This document shows positions 18,043 to 27,730 of a stretch of DNA of 56,714 nucleotides, one piece after another (position 1 is the stretch's first letter; each line of letters begins with the position of its first letter). The notes below the pieces were generated by a model. The model ran no database searches, was not told the DNA's origin, and saw only the letters and a list, made by a program, of their open reading frames with translations. This DNA is from a virus (Duplodnaviria; Caudoviricetes): IMG/VR virus record IMGVR_UViG_3300045741_000168, positions 1-56,714 of that record; one strand, given 5' to 3'. The position numbers and the translations under genes are program-made.

Positions 18043-19009
18043 AGATGAACAGGGTGGCGGCGGCGGTACGGCAACGGTGACAGAAGCTCCTTCTCCAGCA
18101 GCACGAGAGGTTCCGCACGTACCAAAGGCCGCAGAGGTTGTATCAGATGAAGGAACTCCAGCAGCGAAGACCGCAGAAGCTGTAAAAACTGAAACTCCAC
18201 CTGAGCCAAAGGACAAGCCTGGAATATGGCCTGAGAACTGGAGACAGTCTGTAGCCAAGGAAGATGTCAAGGTCTTGCAGAGGCTTGAGCGTTATGCTTC
18301 GCCGGAGGCTGCACTACAGGCTCTGATTGCGGCACAAAACAGGATATCTGCGGGTGAACTGAAGCCTGCACTTGGGAAGAACCCTACAGCAGACCAACTC
18401 AAGGAATGGCGCGAGAGCCACGGTATCCCGGAGACGCCTGACAAGTATGAAATCCCCAAGGGGTTTCAGATCCCGGATGAAGAGAAAGACCTGTATGCTG
18501 GGTTGTTGAAACGACTCCATGATACGAACCACACCAAGGAGCAGGTAGCTTCCAGCTTCGACGCCATGAGGCAACTGTCACTTGCTCAGGCTGAACGCCG
18601 CGCTGAAGCAGATGCAGCCAGACAGCAAGAAGCAGAAGATACTCTCAGAGCAGAATGGGGGACAGAGTATCGTAGAAATATCAATTTGATTAACGGTATG
18701 CTCGATCTGACCACAGACAAGCAGACTAAGCTTGATTGGCTTGAAGGTCGTCTCAAGACGGGAGAGATTATCGGAAGCTCGCCAAATGTATTACGTATGT
18801 TGGTAAGTCTGGCGAGAATCCAGAATCCTACAGGTACAGTTGTTCCTGGCGCAGAGAATCAAATGGATGGAATCGACGGAGAGATTGCCAAAATAGAAAA
18901 GGTAATGAAGGAAAATCGCGGAGCGTATAACAAGGACACAAAGATGCAGGACAGGCTGCGTGAGTTATATGGCGCTCGTGAAGTAATTAATGCCAGAAAT
19001 AAGCGGTGA
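18011..19009 (+). CDS. Capsid scaffolding protein
   Basis: GIPETPDKYE, LRAEWG; immediately upstream of the capsid gene. Confidence 0.75.
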   Translation: MFQTKQIYMAEDEQGGGGGTATVTEAPSPAAREVPHVPKAAEVVSDEGTPAAKTAEAVKTETPPEPKDKPGIWPENWRQSVAKEDVKVLQRLERYASPEAALQALIAAQNRISAGELKPALGKNPTADQLKEWRESHGIPETPDKYEIPKGFQIPDEEKDLYAGLLKRLHDTNHTKEQVASSFDAMRQLSLAQAERRAEADAARQQEAEDTLRAEWGTEYRRNINLINGMLDLTTDKQTKLDWLEGRLKTGEIIGSSPNVLRMLVSLARIQNPTGTVVPGAENQMDGIDGEIAKIEKVMKENRGAYNKDTKMQDRLRELYGAREVINARNKR

Positions 19010-19028
19010 TTATATTATCCCAAAGTTC

Positions 19029-19057
19029 TTGACATTCTGTTGTATAAGGAATACGCT
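19029..19057 (+). promoter_or_regulatory. Sigma70-like promoter upstream of the capsid gene
   Basis: TTGACA, 17 bp, TACGCT. Confidence 0.5.
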
Positions 19058-19180
19058 ACTCAGACCGAAGTAACACGGCACCGGCAAAGCGGGAAGGCCC
19101 CCAATAAGAGGGACACCCCGGATACGCTCCAACGGATACCCCAAGTGAAAGGAATTCATCAACCTTTTATTGGAGATAAT

Positions 19181-20952
19181 ATGTCAGATAGTGCGTTTCA
19201 AATTCAGTAAATCTTTGCTGAGTAACTAGAACTGAATAACTGGGAGGCGAAAGCTAACCAGACGGAAGGTTTCCAAGCCCATAACAGAGAGGCGGTTTGG
19301 ATGAACGAATCATTAGTTAAGTATCTAGCTGGATTGCTAGATGCTGATGGCTCTTTATCATTTGCCTTTAAGCACGACCAAAACAGAGAGGGTCGGTATT
19401 TCATAGGGCTCATGATGAAGTTATCGTCATCAGCGGCGGTTGATAAGTCTGGATTTACAGAGTCGTTGCCAGAGCAGACTGGAATGGGTTCTGTAAGTTT
19501 TTCAGGGGAACGGGCCCAGTTCAAAACTTGGTCTATAGCTAAGAGGGCTGATCTGGAAATGATCTTGCCGAGACTTATCAAGCACATGGTTATCAAGGCT
19601 CAACATTGGCAGTGGATGCTAGATGTGTGGCGTAATGCAAGAATTGATGACAAAACATGCACGCTGTTGGAACGAGAAACTTTAACTCATGGATGTAAAG
19701 AGTCGCGTCGATTAAATCGTGGTCCACTGAAGCCAAAAAAGTTCCCAACATGGGCTTGGTTAGCCGGGTATCTTGATGGTGACGGATGTTATTCCAACAG
19801 ACCTTATGAGTATGGTGGATATCAGCAGAGGGCCATGAATGTGAGCGCTGTGGCTCATGTGAATGACGTAAAGGTGCTTGAGTTTTTACAGGCTTCCTTT
19901 GGCGGCAGGATACAAGATCACGGTCAGTCCAAGAATGTCTTTGTATGGATTAGGAACTTAGGCCCGCGCGATAAAGATTTTGCGCTGGAGTTTCTCAGAA
20001 ACATATCGAAGCATTCAAGGCTAAAGCGGTACAAAATTGACGCTATGATTCATCACCACCGGCAACGACTAAGTGTTCTAGGCGTCAATGACGTAAGCGA
20101 TAGTCTGAAAACGTTATGCGTTTGATCGACAGACAAGAATTTATCCAAGCGTTCGAGCAGCACCAAACACTGCTTCGTGAAACGGTAACTACAGAAGCCG
20201 TTATCAAGGGCCAGCAGGCTATCTTCCTGGTAGCTGGTTCGGGTGGTGCAGCAGCAGTGACTCGTGGCCTCAACGGTCGCATCCCTGCGCGTAACGATTC
20301 CAACACGCAGAACACCTGCACGCTGCAAGAATGGCATGATCTAGTCCGCAAGACTGGATTCAACGTCTTTGCATCGCAGGGTAATCAGCGTGCGATCATG
20401 CAGATGACGAGCATGGCCGTCATCAACCGCAAGATCGACGAACTTATCGTCAACCAACTCAACACGGGTACGGTTACGATTGGCTCTAGCACCACGATTC
20501 CTAACGTTTCGCTGTTCCAGAACGCTCGCGTCAAACTGAGCAATGCAGCGGTGCCGTGGGATTCCAACATCACCCTGCTGTGCCAACCATCGTTCCTGGC
20601 TTATCTTGAGCAAGCAACGGAGTTTGTCAACGCTCAGTACGTAGACATGCGTCCATATGCTGGCTCAGACAATCCAAGCTGGAAAGACAAGCCGATGGCA
20701 TACCGCTGGCGCAATTGCCTGCTGGTTGAGCATCCGAACCTTCCAGGTCGTGGCACGTCGAGCGAAAAGTCGTTCATGTATCACAAGACCGCGATTGGCC
20801 ATGCGATGGACACCGCAGGGATTCAAAGCCCAGTAGGTTACGAGCAAGAGCAAGATTACTCTTGGGCACGAGCCAGCGGATATCAGGGCGCACTGTTGTT
20901 GCAAAACACTGGTGTTGTTGTTTTGACTCACGATGGTAGCGCGTACGCTTAA
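19181..20952 (+). CDS. Major capsid protein, spliced (exons 19181-19208 and 20129-20952; 283 aa)
   Basis: GGAG RBS; joining gives MSDSAFQIQ-Y-RQEFIQAFEQ; position after the scaffold gene. Confidence 0.85.
19209..20128 (+). mobile_element. Group I intron (920 nt)
   Basis: P1 exon ttcagt / IGS gctgag with U.G wobble; P3 ctagaac/gttctag; P7 gacta/tagtc; P9 hairpin; terminal G20128. Confidence 0.9.
19301..20125 (+). CDS. Intron-encoded double-motif LAGLIDADG homing endonuclease
   Basis: YLAGLLDADGS and WLAGYLDGDGC. Confidence 0.9.
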   Translation: MNESLVKYLAGLLDADGSLSFAFKHDQNREGRYFIGLMMKLSSSAAVDKSGFTESLPEQTGMGSVSFSGERAQFKTWSIAKRADLEMILPRLIKHMVIKAQHWQWMLDVWRNARIDDKTCTLLERETLTHGCKESRRLNRGPLKPKKFPTWAWLAGYLDGDGCYSNRPYEYGGYQQRAMNVSAVAHVNDVKVLEFLQASFGGRIQDHGQSKNVFVWIRNLGPRDKDFALEFLRNISKHSRLKRYKIDAMIHHHRQRLSVLGVNDVSDSLKTLCV

Positions 20953-20994
20953 CAGCATACTAGCATAACATCGTAACAACACAAAGGAAATATC

Positions 20995-21384
20995 ATGGCT
21001 TATTTTGGTTCTACTCAATTGAGTTCTGTTGCTAACCCTCCGCGTCAGTTGGTTTCTCCGTTCGGCGCTAATCCAGCAGTGGCTGGTTCTACCAACTTTC
21101 TGACCACACAGGGTTCGACCTATGCGAACAATCCTAATGGTCCAGGCGGTATTGGTGGAAGTCTGTGGTACTACGCATCGACAAATGCGACCACTGATCT
21201 GACGGCTACCAACTTCTTCAGTGACGGATTCTATTTGGGTATGCGTGCTGGCGATATTATTATGGGCGCGCAGTTTTCGTCGTTGGGGTCGACTGTCACT
21301 ACGTTTACCGGTGCAATTGTTTCTGTTTCGACGGCTGGAGCTAGTTTGTCTACTGGCACTTTGATGACCAGCACGTTTAACTGA
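20995..21384 (+). CDS. Putative head decoration protein
   Basis: Directly after the capsid gene; NFFSDGFYLGMRAGDII. Confidence 0.6.
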   Translation: MAYFGSTQLSSVANPPRQLVSPFGANPAVAGSTNFLTTQGSTYANNPNGPGGIGGSLWYYASTNATTDLTATNFFSDGFYLGMRAGDIIMGAQFSSLGSTVTTFTGAIVSVSTAGASLSTGTLMTSTFN

Positions 21385-21433
21385 TAAATAATTCCTCTGG
21401 TGATGTAGAATTCAGAGTGTGTCATCACCAATT

Positions 21434-21468
21434 TGGGGGCGTGTTTTAACCGGCGCGTCCCCATTTTT
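21434..21468 (+). terminator. Rho-independent terminator
   Basis: tgggggcgtg...cgcgtcccca stem followed by TTTTT. Confidence 0.55.
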
Positions 21469-21484
21469 CTAACCCGGAGGAATA

Positions 21485-21934
21485 ATGGCAGAAGTAGCAG
21501 AAGCAAAACGAACGATCATTCTGGAACCACAACGCATGCACCTTGCTGAACACGCAAGGCAGGAGTGGGTGGTCGATGCAGAAGAAGGTACGAAGGTAGA
21601 AGATATTATGGCTCCCGCATATTGGAGTCATATGGCATCTCAGATGAAGCAGTTCGACCATGTTGAAGTACGCATGGAAACTGGGGAATGGACGGCAGAT
21701 TTCATCGTCAGTACGGTCGGTAGAAATTGGGCGAATGTGCATCTAGTTCAGCAGCACTTCCTCAGTCAAGACCCCGGCTTGGAGACGGCGATGGCAAGAT
21801 ACGAAGTGTTGTGGCGCGGCCCACAGCATAAGTGGTGCGTGAAGCGACTGGCGGACAACGCTGTTCTTCAGTCAGGCATGGACAATAAGTTGGCGGCTTC
21901 TACGTGGCTGACAAGTTACGAGAACGCCCAATAA
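21485..21934 (+). CDS. Conserved hypothetical phage protein
   Basis: GGAGG RBS; WRGPQHKW. Confidence 0.7.
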   Translation: MAEVAEAKRTIILEPQRMHLAEHARQEWVVDAEEGTKVEDIMAPAYWSHMASQMKQFDHVEVRMETGEWTADFIVSTVGRNWANVHLVQQHFLSQDPGLETAMARYEVLWRGPQHKWCVKRLADNAVLQSGMDNKLAASTWLTSYENAQ

Positions 21935-21953
21935 TGAGAAATGAGGCTTCTGC

Positions 21954-22598
21954 ATGGCGTCACAACTTGATGTTTATAACGGAGCCCTTCTATTCTGCGG
22001 TGAGCGGTTCTTAGCGTCACTTAGCGAAGAGAGAGAGCCACGACGGTTACTTGATAACGTCTGGTCAGATGGCGGGGTAAAGAATTGTCTCGAACAAGGG
22101 CAATGGAACTTCGCCATGCGGACCGTACAGCTCGATTACGATACGAGCATACAACCGACGTTCGGGTATAACCGCGCTTATACGAAGCCAACAGACTGGG
22201 TTCTCACGTCTGGATTATGTGCTGACGAATTCTTCCGTGTCCCACTTACACGGTATTGGGATGAATCTGGTTATTGGTACACGGACTTGGACACTATCTA
22301 TGTCCGGTACGTTTCCAATGATGTGAACTACGGAGGCGACCTGGGCCAATGGCCTGAGTCGTTCAAGGAATTCGTAGAGGCTCACTTCGCCTACAAGATC
22401 ATTATGAAGCTCTCTAACTCAGAGGAAGAGTGGAAGCGAGTGGAAAGGATCAGGGAGAAGTTCCTCAAGACAGCCAAGAGCCGTGCTGCAATGGCAGAAC
22501 CAACGATGTTCTCGGCAAGAGGAACCTGGAGCAATTCCAGAAATCGGTTCCCGAACCGCAGGGACGGGGGTGGAACTAACGGGCCATTGTTCGGGTAA
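21954..22598 (+). CDS. Tail tubular protein A (adaptor)
   Basis: YNGALLFCGE, WNFAMRTVQL, YxxPxDW. Confidence 0.8.
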   Translation: MASQLDVYNGALLFCGERFLASLSEEREPRRLLDNVWSDGGVKNCLEQGQWNFAMRTVQLDYDTSIQPTFGYNRAYTKPTDWVLTSGLCADEFFRVPLTRYWDESGYWYTDLDTIYVRYVSNDVNYGGDLGQWPESFKEFVEAHFAYKIIMKLSNSEEEWKRVERIREKFLKTAKSRAAMAEPTMFSARGTWSNSRNRFPNRRDGGGTNGPLFG

Positions 22599-22601
22599 GA
22601 A

Positions 22602-25322
22602 ATGGCTCAGACAAATACTACCCTTCTTAGTCTAAACAGGGGGATAGTAGATCACCGTGTATTAGCTCGTCTGGATGTAAAGCGCGCCGCTCTGGCCGCA
22701 GAGACGATGACTAATTACATCCCTCGTGTTCTTGGCTCCATGAGCATGAGGCCAGGACTTGGGTATATCGGTACTATTTCAGCGGTAGGAACCTCGTGCA
22801 GGCTGCTGAAGTTTATCTTCGCAACTGATGACACTTCTATTCTTGAGCTGACAGACTTACAGTTACGAATCTGGATCAATGACGTTATCTTGACCAGACC
22901 TTCAGTAACCAGTGCTGTTACGAACCCGACATTTGCAACAGGTCCGTTTACAGGCTGGACGAAATCAGCCGCTCCGACTGCACCAACATATACCAGTAGC
23001 GCGGCCCAACTGAATGGTGATGGGGCGAGCGGAATCTCGTCTGTAGAACAGACAGTGACGTGTCTTAATACAAACGTAGAACACGCCCTGAGAATAGTAA
23101 TAGACAGAGGCCCTGTAACATTTACTTGTGGTACGGCCAGCGGTGATGATAGTTATGTATCTAAAACCAGTCTTGCTACTGGAACTCACTCTCTATCATT
23201 TACACCTACCGGGGATTTCAATATACGGTTTACCAGTACCCTGAAGAATCCGGTGAGGATTACCAGTTGTACTATCGAGGCCTCTGGCATAGTAACTCTT
23301 CCAACTCCTTGGGGAATTAGCGACTTACAGAATGTACGTTATGAGCAAGTTGGGGATAGAGTATTTATAGCCTGTAAGGATATACAACAATACGAGATAC
23401 AGCGCAGGGGAACAAGACCAGCGGCAAGAGGTTGGAGCGTAGTCAAGTATGAAGTAAATGATGGTCCGTTTCTTACTCAGAACTTGACTCCATCAACTAT
23501 ATCTGCATCAGCGATATCTGGTGGAGGAGTTACTCTTACAGCATCGGTGCCAACATTCAAATCGACTAATGTAGGCGGATTATATTTCATCGAGTCTGTC
23601 GGACAAAAGGTAAGTATCACTACTGGAGTAGCAACGACTACGACAGATGAAATACGTGTTACTGGTATCAGTTCAGCCAGAACTATTACTATAACTATAA
23701 CTGGAATAGTTACTGCCGGTACTTCTGTTGACTTGCAGTATTCATATGATGAGAGCAGTTGGGTAAATGTAACAGGCAAGCATTATACCGCCAATACTAC
23801 AACCACATATGCTGATGGATTAGATAATCAGATTATCTTTTACCGACTAATACTAACCACGGTTGCCGGTGGTGATACACCAACAATGCAGTTGGATTTT
23901 GGAGCCGGGTCTATTCGTGGTATTTGCAGGGTTACAGCATATTCAAGCACAACATCGGTAACTGTAGATGTGCTAAAGAATCTTGGTGGCACGGCTGCTA
24001 GTTCTACATGGGGCGAGGGAGAATGGAGTACCAGACAAGGATGGCCCACGAGTGTACGGATACATGAAGGAAGGCTATGGTGGGCGGGAAAGAATGGTAT
24101 ATGGGGATCGGTAAGTGACGCTTATACCTCTTTCGATGAAACTACAGTTGGAGATTCTGGACCATTAAATAGAACAATAGGCTCTGGACCAGTCGATGTG
24201 ATTAACTGGTTATTGAGCGCAAAGAATCTGTTGTTCGGCGCTCAAGGAACAGAATATGCCTGTCGTGCATCGAGTCTAGATGAGTTACTAACTCCAAGCA
24301 ACTTCAATATGAAAGTGGTTGGTACTCAAGGGTCAGGATCAGTAGAGGCTTTGAAAATAGACCAAAGTGGATATTTCGTAAACAGAACCAACACCAAGGT
24401 ATATGAGCTTCAGTTTGATCTTAGGAGTTATGAATATGCAGCAAAAGACTTACTAGAACTTATACCTGAAATAGGACTTCCCGGAATAATCAGGATTGAC
24501 GTACAGCGTCAACCCGATACTCGTATTCACTGTGTACGGTCCGATGGAACAGTAGTATTGATTACTCTGAACAAGACCGAGGATATGCTTGCCATATCAT
24601 TAATTATGTCGGCAGGAGCGATAAATGATGTTGTTATCTTGCCAGCAAAAAACGGTGATTTAGACGACCAAGTGTATTATTGTGTCACTCAGTTAGATCA
24701 AGATGGAGCAATGAACGGTGATTTTCTGGAGAAAATGGCTCAGGATATAGACTGTCGTGGAGATTTACCACAGTGCCATATAGCTGATTCGTATGTCACT
24801 TATTCAGGAACTCCGGTAAGTTCATTATCAGGATTGACAAATCTGAAAAACACCAGGGTAGTAATCTGGGCTGATGGCGCAGAGATATCAGGGTATAACG
24901 CAAATCCAAATCTAATGGCTTTAGTAGACAGTAGTGGAAATATAACTATGCCAGGAGGTATTGCATATTCTGATATTGTTGTAGGCAAACCTTATCTGGC
25001 GCAGTTCAAGAGTGGGAAACTTGGATTCCAGGATCAAAAGGGAACATTGCTTGGTCAGCAGAAGAGGCTTGGTCACATAGCAATGTTGCTGGCGAACAGA
25101 ACGCCAAATTCGGTTCAATTCGGGCCTGACTTTGACACTCTAGATAATCTTCCGGGCCTGATAGACAGCCATACAGACTCGACGTGGATTGCCGACTACG
25201 ACGATGCTCCGGTAGAGTTTCCCGGTAGGTTCGACGTTGATATGCGTATTTGCTTGCAGACACAGGCACCAAGGGCAGTAACGGTAATGGCCATTGTGTA
25301 CGAAGCCAGAGAGGATATTTGA
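22602..25322 (+). CDS. Tail tubular protein B (nozzle)
   Basis: 906 aa; GWPTSVRIHEGRLWW, IWGSVSDAY. Confidence 0.8.
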   Translation: MAQTNTTLLSLNRGIVDHRVLARLDVKRAALAAETMTNYIPRVLGSMSMRPGLGYIGTISAVGTSCRLLKFIFATDDTSILELTDLQLRIWINDVILTRPSVTSAVTNPTFATGPFTGWTKSAAPTAPTYTSSAAQLNGDGASGISSVEQTVTCLNTNVEHALRIVIDRGPVTFTCGTASGDDSYVSKTSLATGTHSLSFTPTGDFNIRFTSTLKNPVRITSCTIEASGIVTLPTPWGISDLQNVRYEQVGDRVFIACKDIQQYEIQRRGTRPAARGWSVVKYEVNDGPFLTQNLTPSTISASAISGGGVTLTASVPTFKSTNVGGLYFIESVGQKVSITTGVATTTTDEIRVTGISSARTITITITGIVTAGTSVDLQYSYDESSWVNVTGKHYTANTTTTYADGLDNQIIFYRLILTTVAGGDTPTMQLDFGAGSIRGICRVTAYSSTTSVTVDVLKNLGGTAASSTWGEGEWSTRQGWPTSVRIHEGRLWWAGKNGIWGSVSDAYTSFDETTVGDSGPLNRTIGSGPVDVINWLLSAKNLLFGAQGTEYACRASSLDELLTPSNFNMKVVGTQGSGSVEALKIDQSGYFVNRTNTKVYELQFDLRSYEYAAKDLLELIPEIGLPGIIRIDVQRQPDTRIHCVRSDGTVVLITLNKTEDMLAISLIMSAGAINDVVILPAKNGDLDDQVYYCVTQLDQDGAMNGDFLEKMAQDIDCRGDLPQCHIADSYVTYSGTPVSSLSGLTNLKNTRVVIWADGAEISGYNANPNLMALVDSSGNITMPGGIAYSDIVVGKPYLAQFKSGKLGFQDQKGTLLGQQKRLGHIAMLLANRTPNSVQFGPDFDTLDNLPGLIDSHTDSTWIADYDDAPVEFPGRFDVDMRICLQTQAPRAVTVMAIVYEAREDI

Positions 25323-25882
25323 TGGACTTGGATTTCTGGCAACAGGCCGCTCAAGACGTATCGGGTATAACTCAGGGTCTACTCGATTACAGCAGCAAGA
25401 AGGAGACTGCTGCAAGCGCAGTCGCCCTCGGAGAATATCAAGCTGCGCAGCTACAGCAGAACGCTGGTCAGACAATGGCGGCGAGCCAGCGTCAGGCTTA
25501 TGACATACAACGACAGGCAGATTACTTGACATCCAGAGCTATTGCCGCTGCGGCTGGAAGCGGCGGTGGAGCAAATGATCCAACTGTGTTGAACCTGATA
25601 GCCAGAAACGCAGGAGAAATGGCCTATAGGAAGTCCCTAGCTCTCTATGGTGGGCAGGAGAGGGCAAGACAGATGGGGATGGAGGCACAGTCCAAATTGT
25701 ACGAAGGAGCGACTGTTGGTGCTCGTTACAGGAGCGCGGCAAACATCAGCGCACTTAAGACTGGAGTTACTTTGTTAGGTGATGCCCAAAGTCTAAACAG
25801 CCGGTTTGGTGGCGGAGGACCAAAGTTACCAGATGTTTCCCCAAGTCAGTACACCGACTTGGACAGTTTTCCTCAGTGGTAA
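25322..25882 (+). CDS. Internal virion protein
   Basis: Ala/Gln-rich helical protein; start coupled to the upstream stop. Confidence 0.65.
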   Translation: MDLDFWQQAAQDVSGITQGLLDYSSKKETAASAVALGEYQAAQLQQNAGQTMAASQRQAYDIQRQADYLTSRAIAAAAGSGGGANDPTVLNLIARNAGEMAYRKSLALYGGQERARQMGMEAQSKLYEGATVGARYRSAANISALKTGVTLLGDAQSLNSRFGGGGPKLPDVSPSQYTDLDSFPQW

Positions 25883-25888
25883 TAGATC

Positions 25889-27730
25889 ATGCCGATATTA
25901 CCTGATATTCAAGGGCAAAGTGAAAGCCCAGTTCCACAACCATCTCAGGGAGTTGTGGCCTATGACGTAATGGGGCGATACAAAGGCGCTGGCTTGGCTG
26001 CTGAGGAAATGGGAGGAGTCAGCCAAGAGATAGGGCGTTGGGGCCAGCAGCTTCATGCACAGGATGAGTTCAATGCTCAGGCTGCATTGAATCAGGTCAG
26101 CCGATCTTTGACAGAAGCCGAGTATGGATCGGCTGATGGTAGTGTCCCCGGATTCAAATCAGTAAGGGGGCTTGGAGTTCAGGACCCGAACTTTATTCAG
26201 AACGCCTTACAGCCAGCAGACGACCATGCGAAGCAGCTTGCCGAGTCATTGGGTGATACGATGGCTAAGCAAATCTTTGACCAGCATTATCAAGTAGCTC
26301 GGGCGCATTTGATGGCCGGTGCATTGGCATGGAAGGCGCAACAAACATATGACGGCAATGTTCACACTGCGCAAGAAGGTATCAAACTTGCTATAAACCA
26401 AGCAAATATCGATCCTGTTGGAGACATTCAATGGACGCCATCTGGAACGTTAATAGACAATAATACGTCATTCCATGATGCGTTACTGAAGATAGACAAT
26501 AACGCTAAACTGTTGTTCCATACTACAGGTGCAGATCAGGGACAAAACGGCCAAGAAAACCTAAATGATTTTATCAATCAGCAGCATGGAATTGCGTGGA
26601 CAGCTCGCCTCACTGCAATAGCGGAAGGAGCACCTGGAAGGCCTCCTGACCCAGGACTTGCGAGTCAGCTTTTTGAGCAGAACAAAGACAACATTCCACC
26701 TGGCTTGAAGGATACGATTGGCAAGCAGTTAGAAGCCTACCAAAAGGATTTCGACGGCAGGGCCTTAGCGCAGGATACGGTGATTGGAACAGCACCCACT
26801 ATAGAGGGAAAGGAGCCATTACCGTCAGCATCATCCATGCAAACATCTGACCAGATGAAGGTGATGAAAGAGCCTTGGGGTCAATGGGCGCACGATGCTT
26901 ATCTTCAGCAATATCCTGGTGATCTGAAGGGGGCCGATAACGCCCGTAACCAAGCGACGAATCTTGCTGCACAGATGATCCAGCAGAAAGAAGCTGTTGA
27001 AAATCAATCATCAGGCGTCCTGAAAGACTTTCTGGTAAATAGCTATTTGAATGGAACTGTCCCAACCCCTGAAATGGTCAGGAATGATCCAAACATCAGG
27101 CAAGCACTTGCATCAACCAGCCCAACAGCAAGAGAGTCTTTTGCAAGGGCTTTGTCTCAAGGCGGATTGAACAAAGACGGCGACCCTATTTACGCAGATC
27201 AGGTAATGAGGGGAATAGTTAATGGAACCGTTACCAATACCTCACAGATTCAGATAGATAGGCTTAATGCAGGGCAACTAAGCAGGATAAATTCTGCGTT
27301 TGCTGACCATCAGCGCAACCCGGACGGTGTGGGCAAACAGATAGAGCAGGTAACGTCCATCTTCAGGCAGAGGGCTTATGCGCTAGACCAGACGAATAGC
27401 GGCGCTTGGACCTATGCTTATCGAAACTCGGTACTCGATAAGATCAAGGCTTATCAGGACGCAGGAAAACAAACTGATACTTTATTTAGAACTGATACGC
27501 CAGATTCAGTGGTAACGCCAAATTACATGTCGGCATTTATTCCAAGCAAGCAGCAGCAAGCTTTCCTCAAAGCCGCTGGTATCAAGGCGCAGCAACCTCA
27601 ACTTAGGCCTTTTGTTGGGCCTTTACCTCTACCTCCTCGTGATGCTAACGGCAACCTAATGCCTTTTGCTCAATTTATGAACCAGCATGTGTTGGGTATT
27701 AAAGAAGGAACTGGTGCTGGCAATGAATAA
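25889..27730 (+). CDS. Internal virion (ejection) protein
   Basis: 613 aa, Gln/Ala-rich; synteny. Confidence 0.65.
   Translation: MPILPDIQGQSESPVPQPSQGVVAYDVMGRYKGAGLAAEEMGGVSQEIGRWGQQLHAQDEFNAQAALNQVSRSLTEAEYGSADGSVPGFKSVRGLGVQDPNFIQNALQPADDHAKQLAESLGDTMAKQIFDQHYQVARAHLMAGALAWKAQQTYDGNVHTAQEGIKLAINQANIDPVGDIQWTPSGTLIDNNTSFHDALLKIDNNAKLLFHTTGADQGQNGQENLNDFINQQHGIAWTARLTAIAEGAPGRPPDPGLASQLFEQNKDNIPPGLKDTIGKQLEAYQKDFDGRALAQDTVIGTAPTIEGKEPLPSASSMQTSDQMKVMKEPWGQWAHDAYLQQYPGDLKGADNARNQATNLAAQMIQQKEAVENQSSGVLKDFLVNSYLNGTVPTPEMVRNDPNIRQALASTSPTARESFARALSQGGLNKDGDPIYADQVMRGIVNGTVTNTSQIQIDRLNAGQLSRINSAFADHQRNPDGVGKQIEQVTSIFRQRAYALDQTNSGAWTYAYRNSVLDKIKAYQDAGKQTDTLFRTDTPDSVVTPNYMSAFIPSKQQQAFLKAAGIKAQQPQLRPFVGPLPLPPRDANGNLMPFAQFMNQHVLGIKEGTGAGNE

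Noticed and set aside
20116-20952. Capsid start at ATG 20116
   Set aside because: No RBS, it lies within intron P9, and the spliced product gives a better N-terminus with an RBS at 19172-19175.
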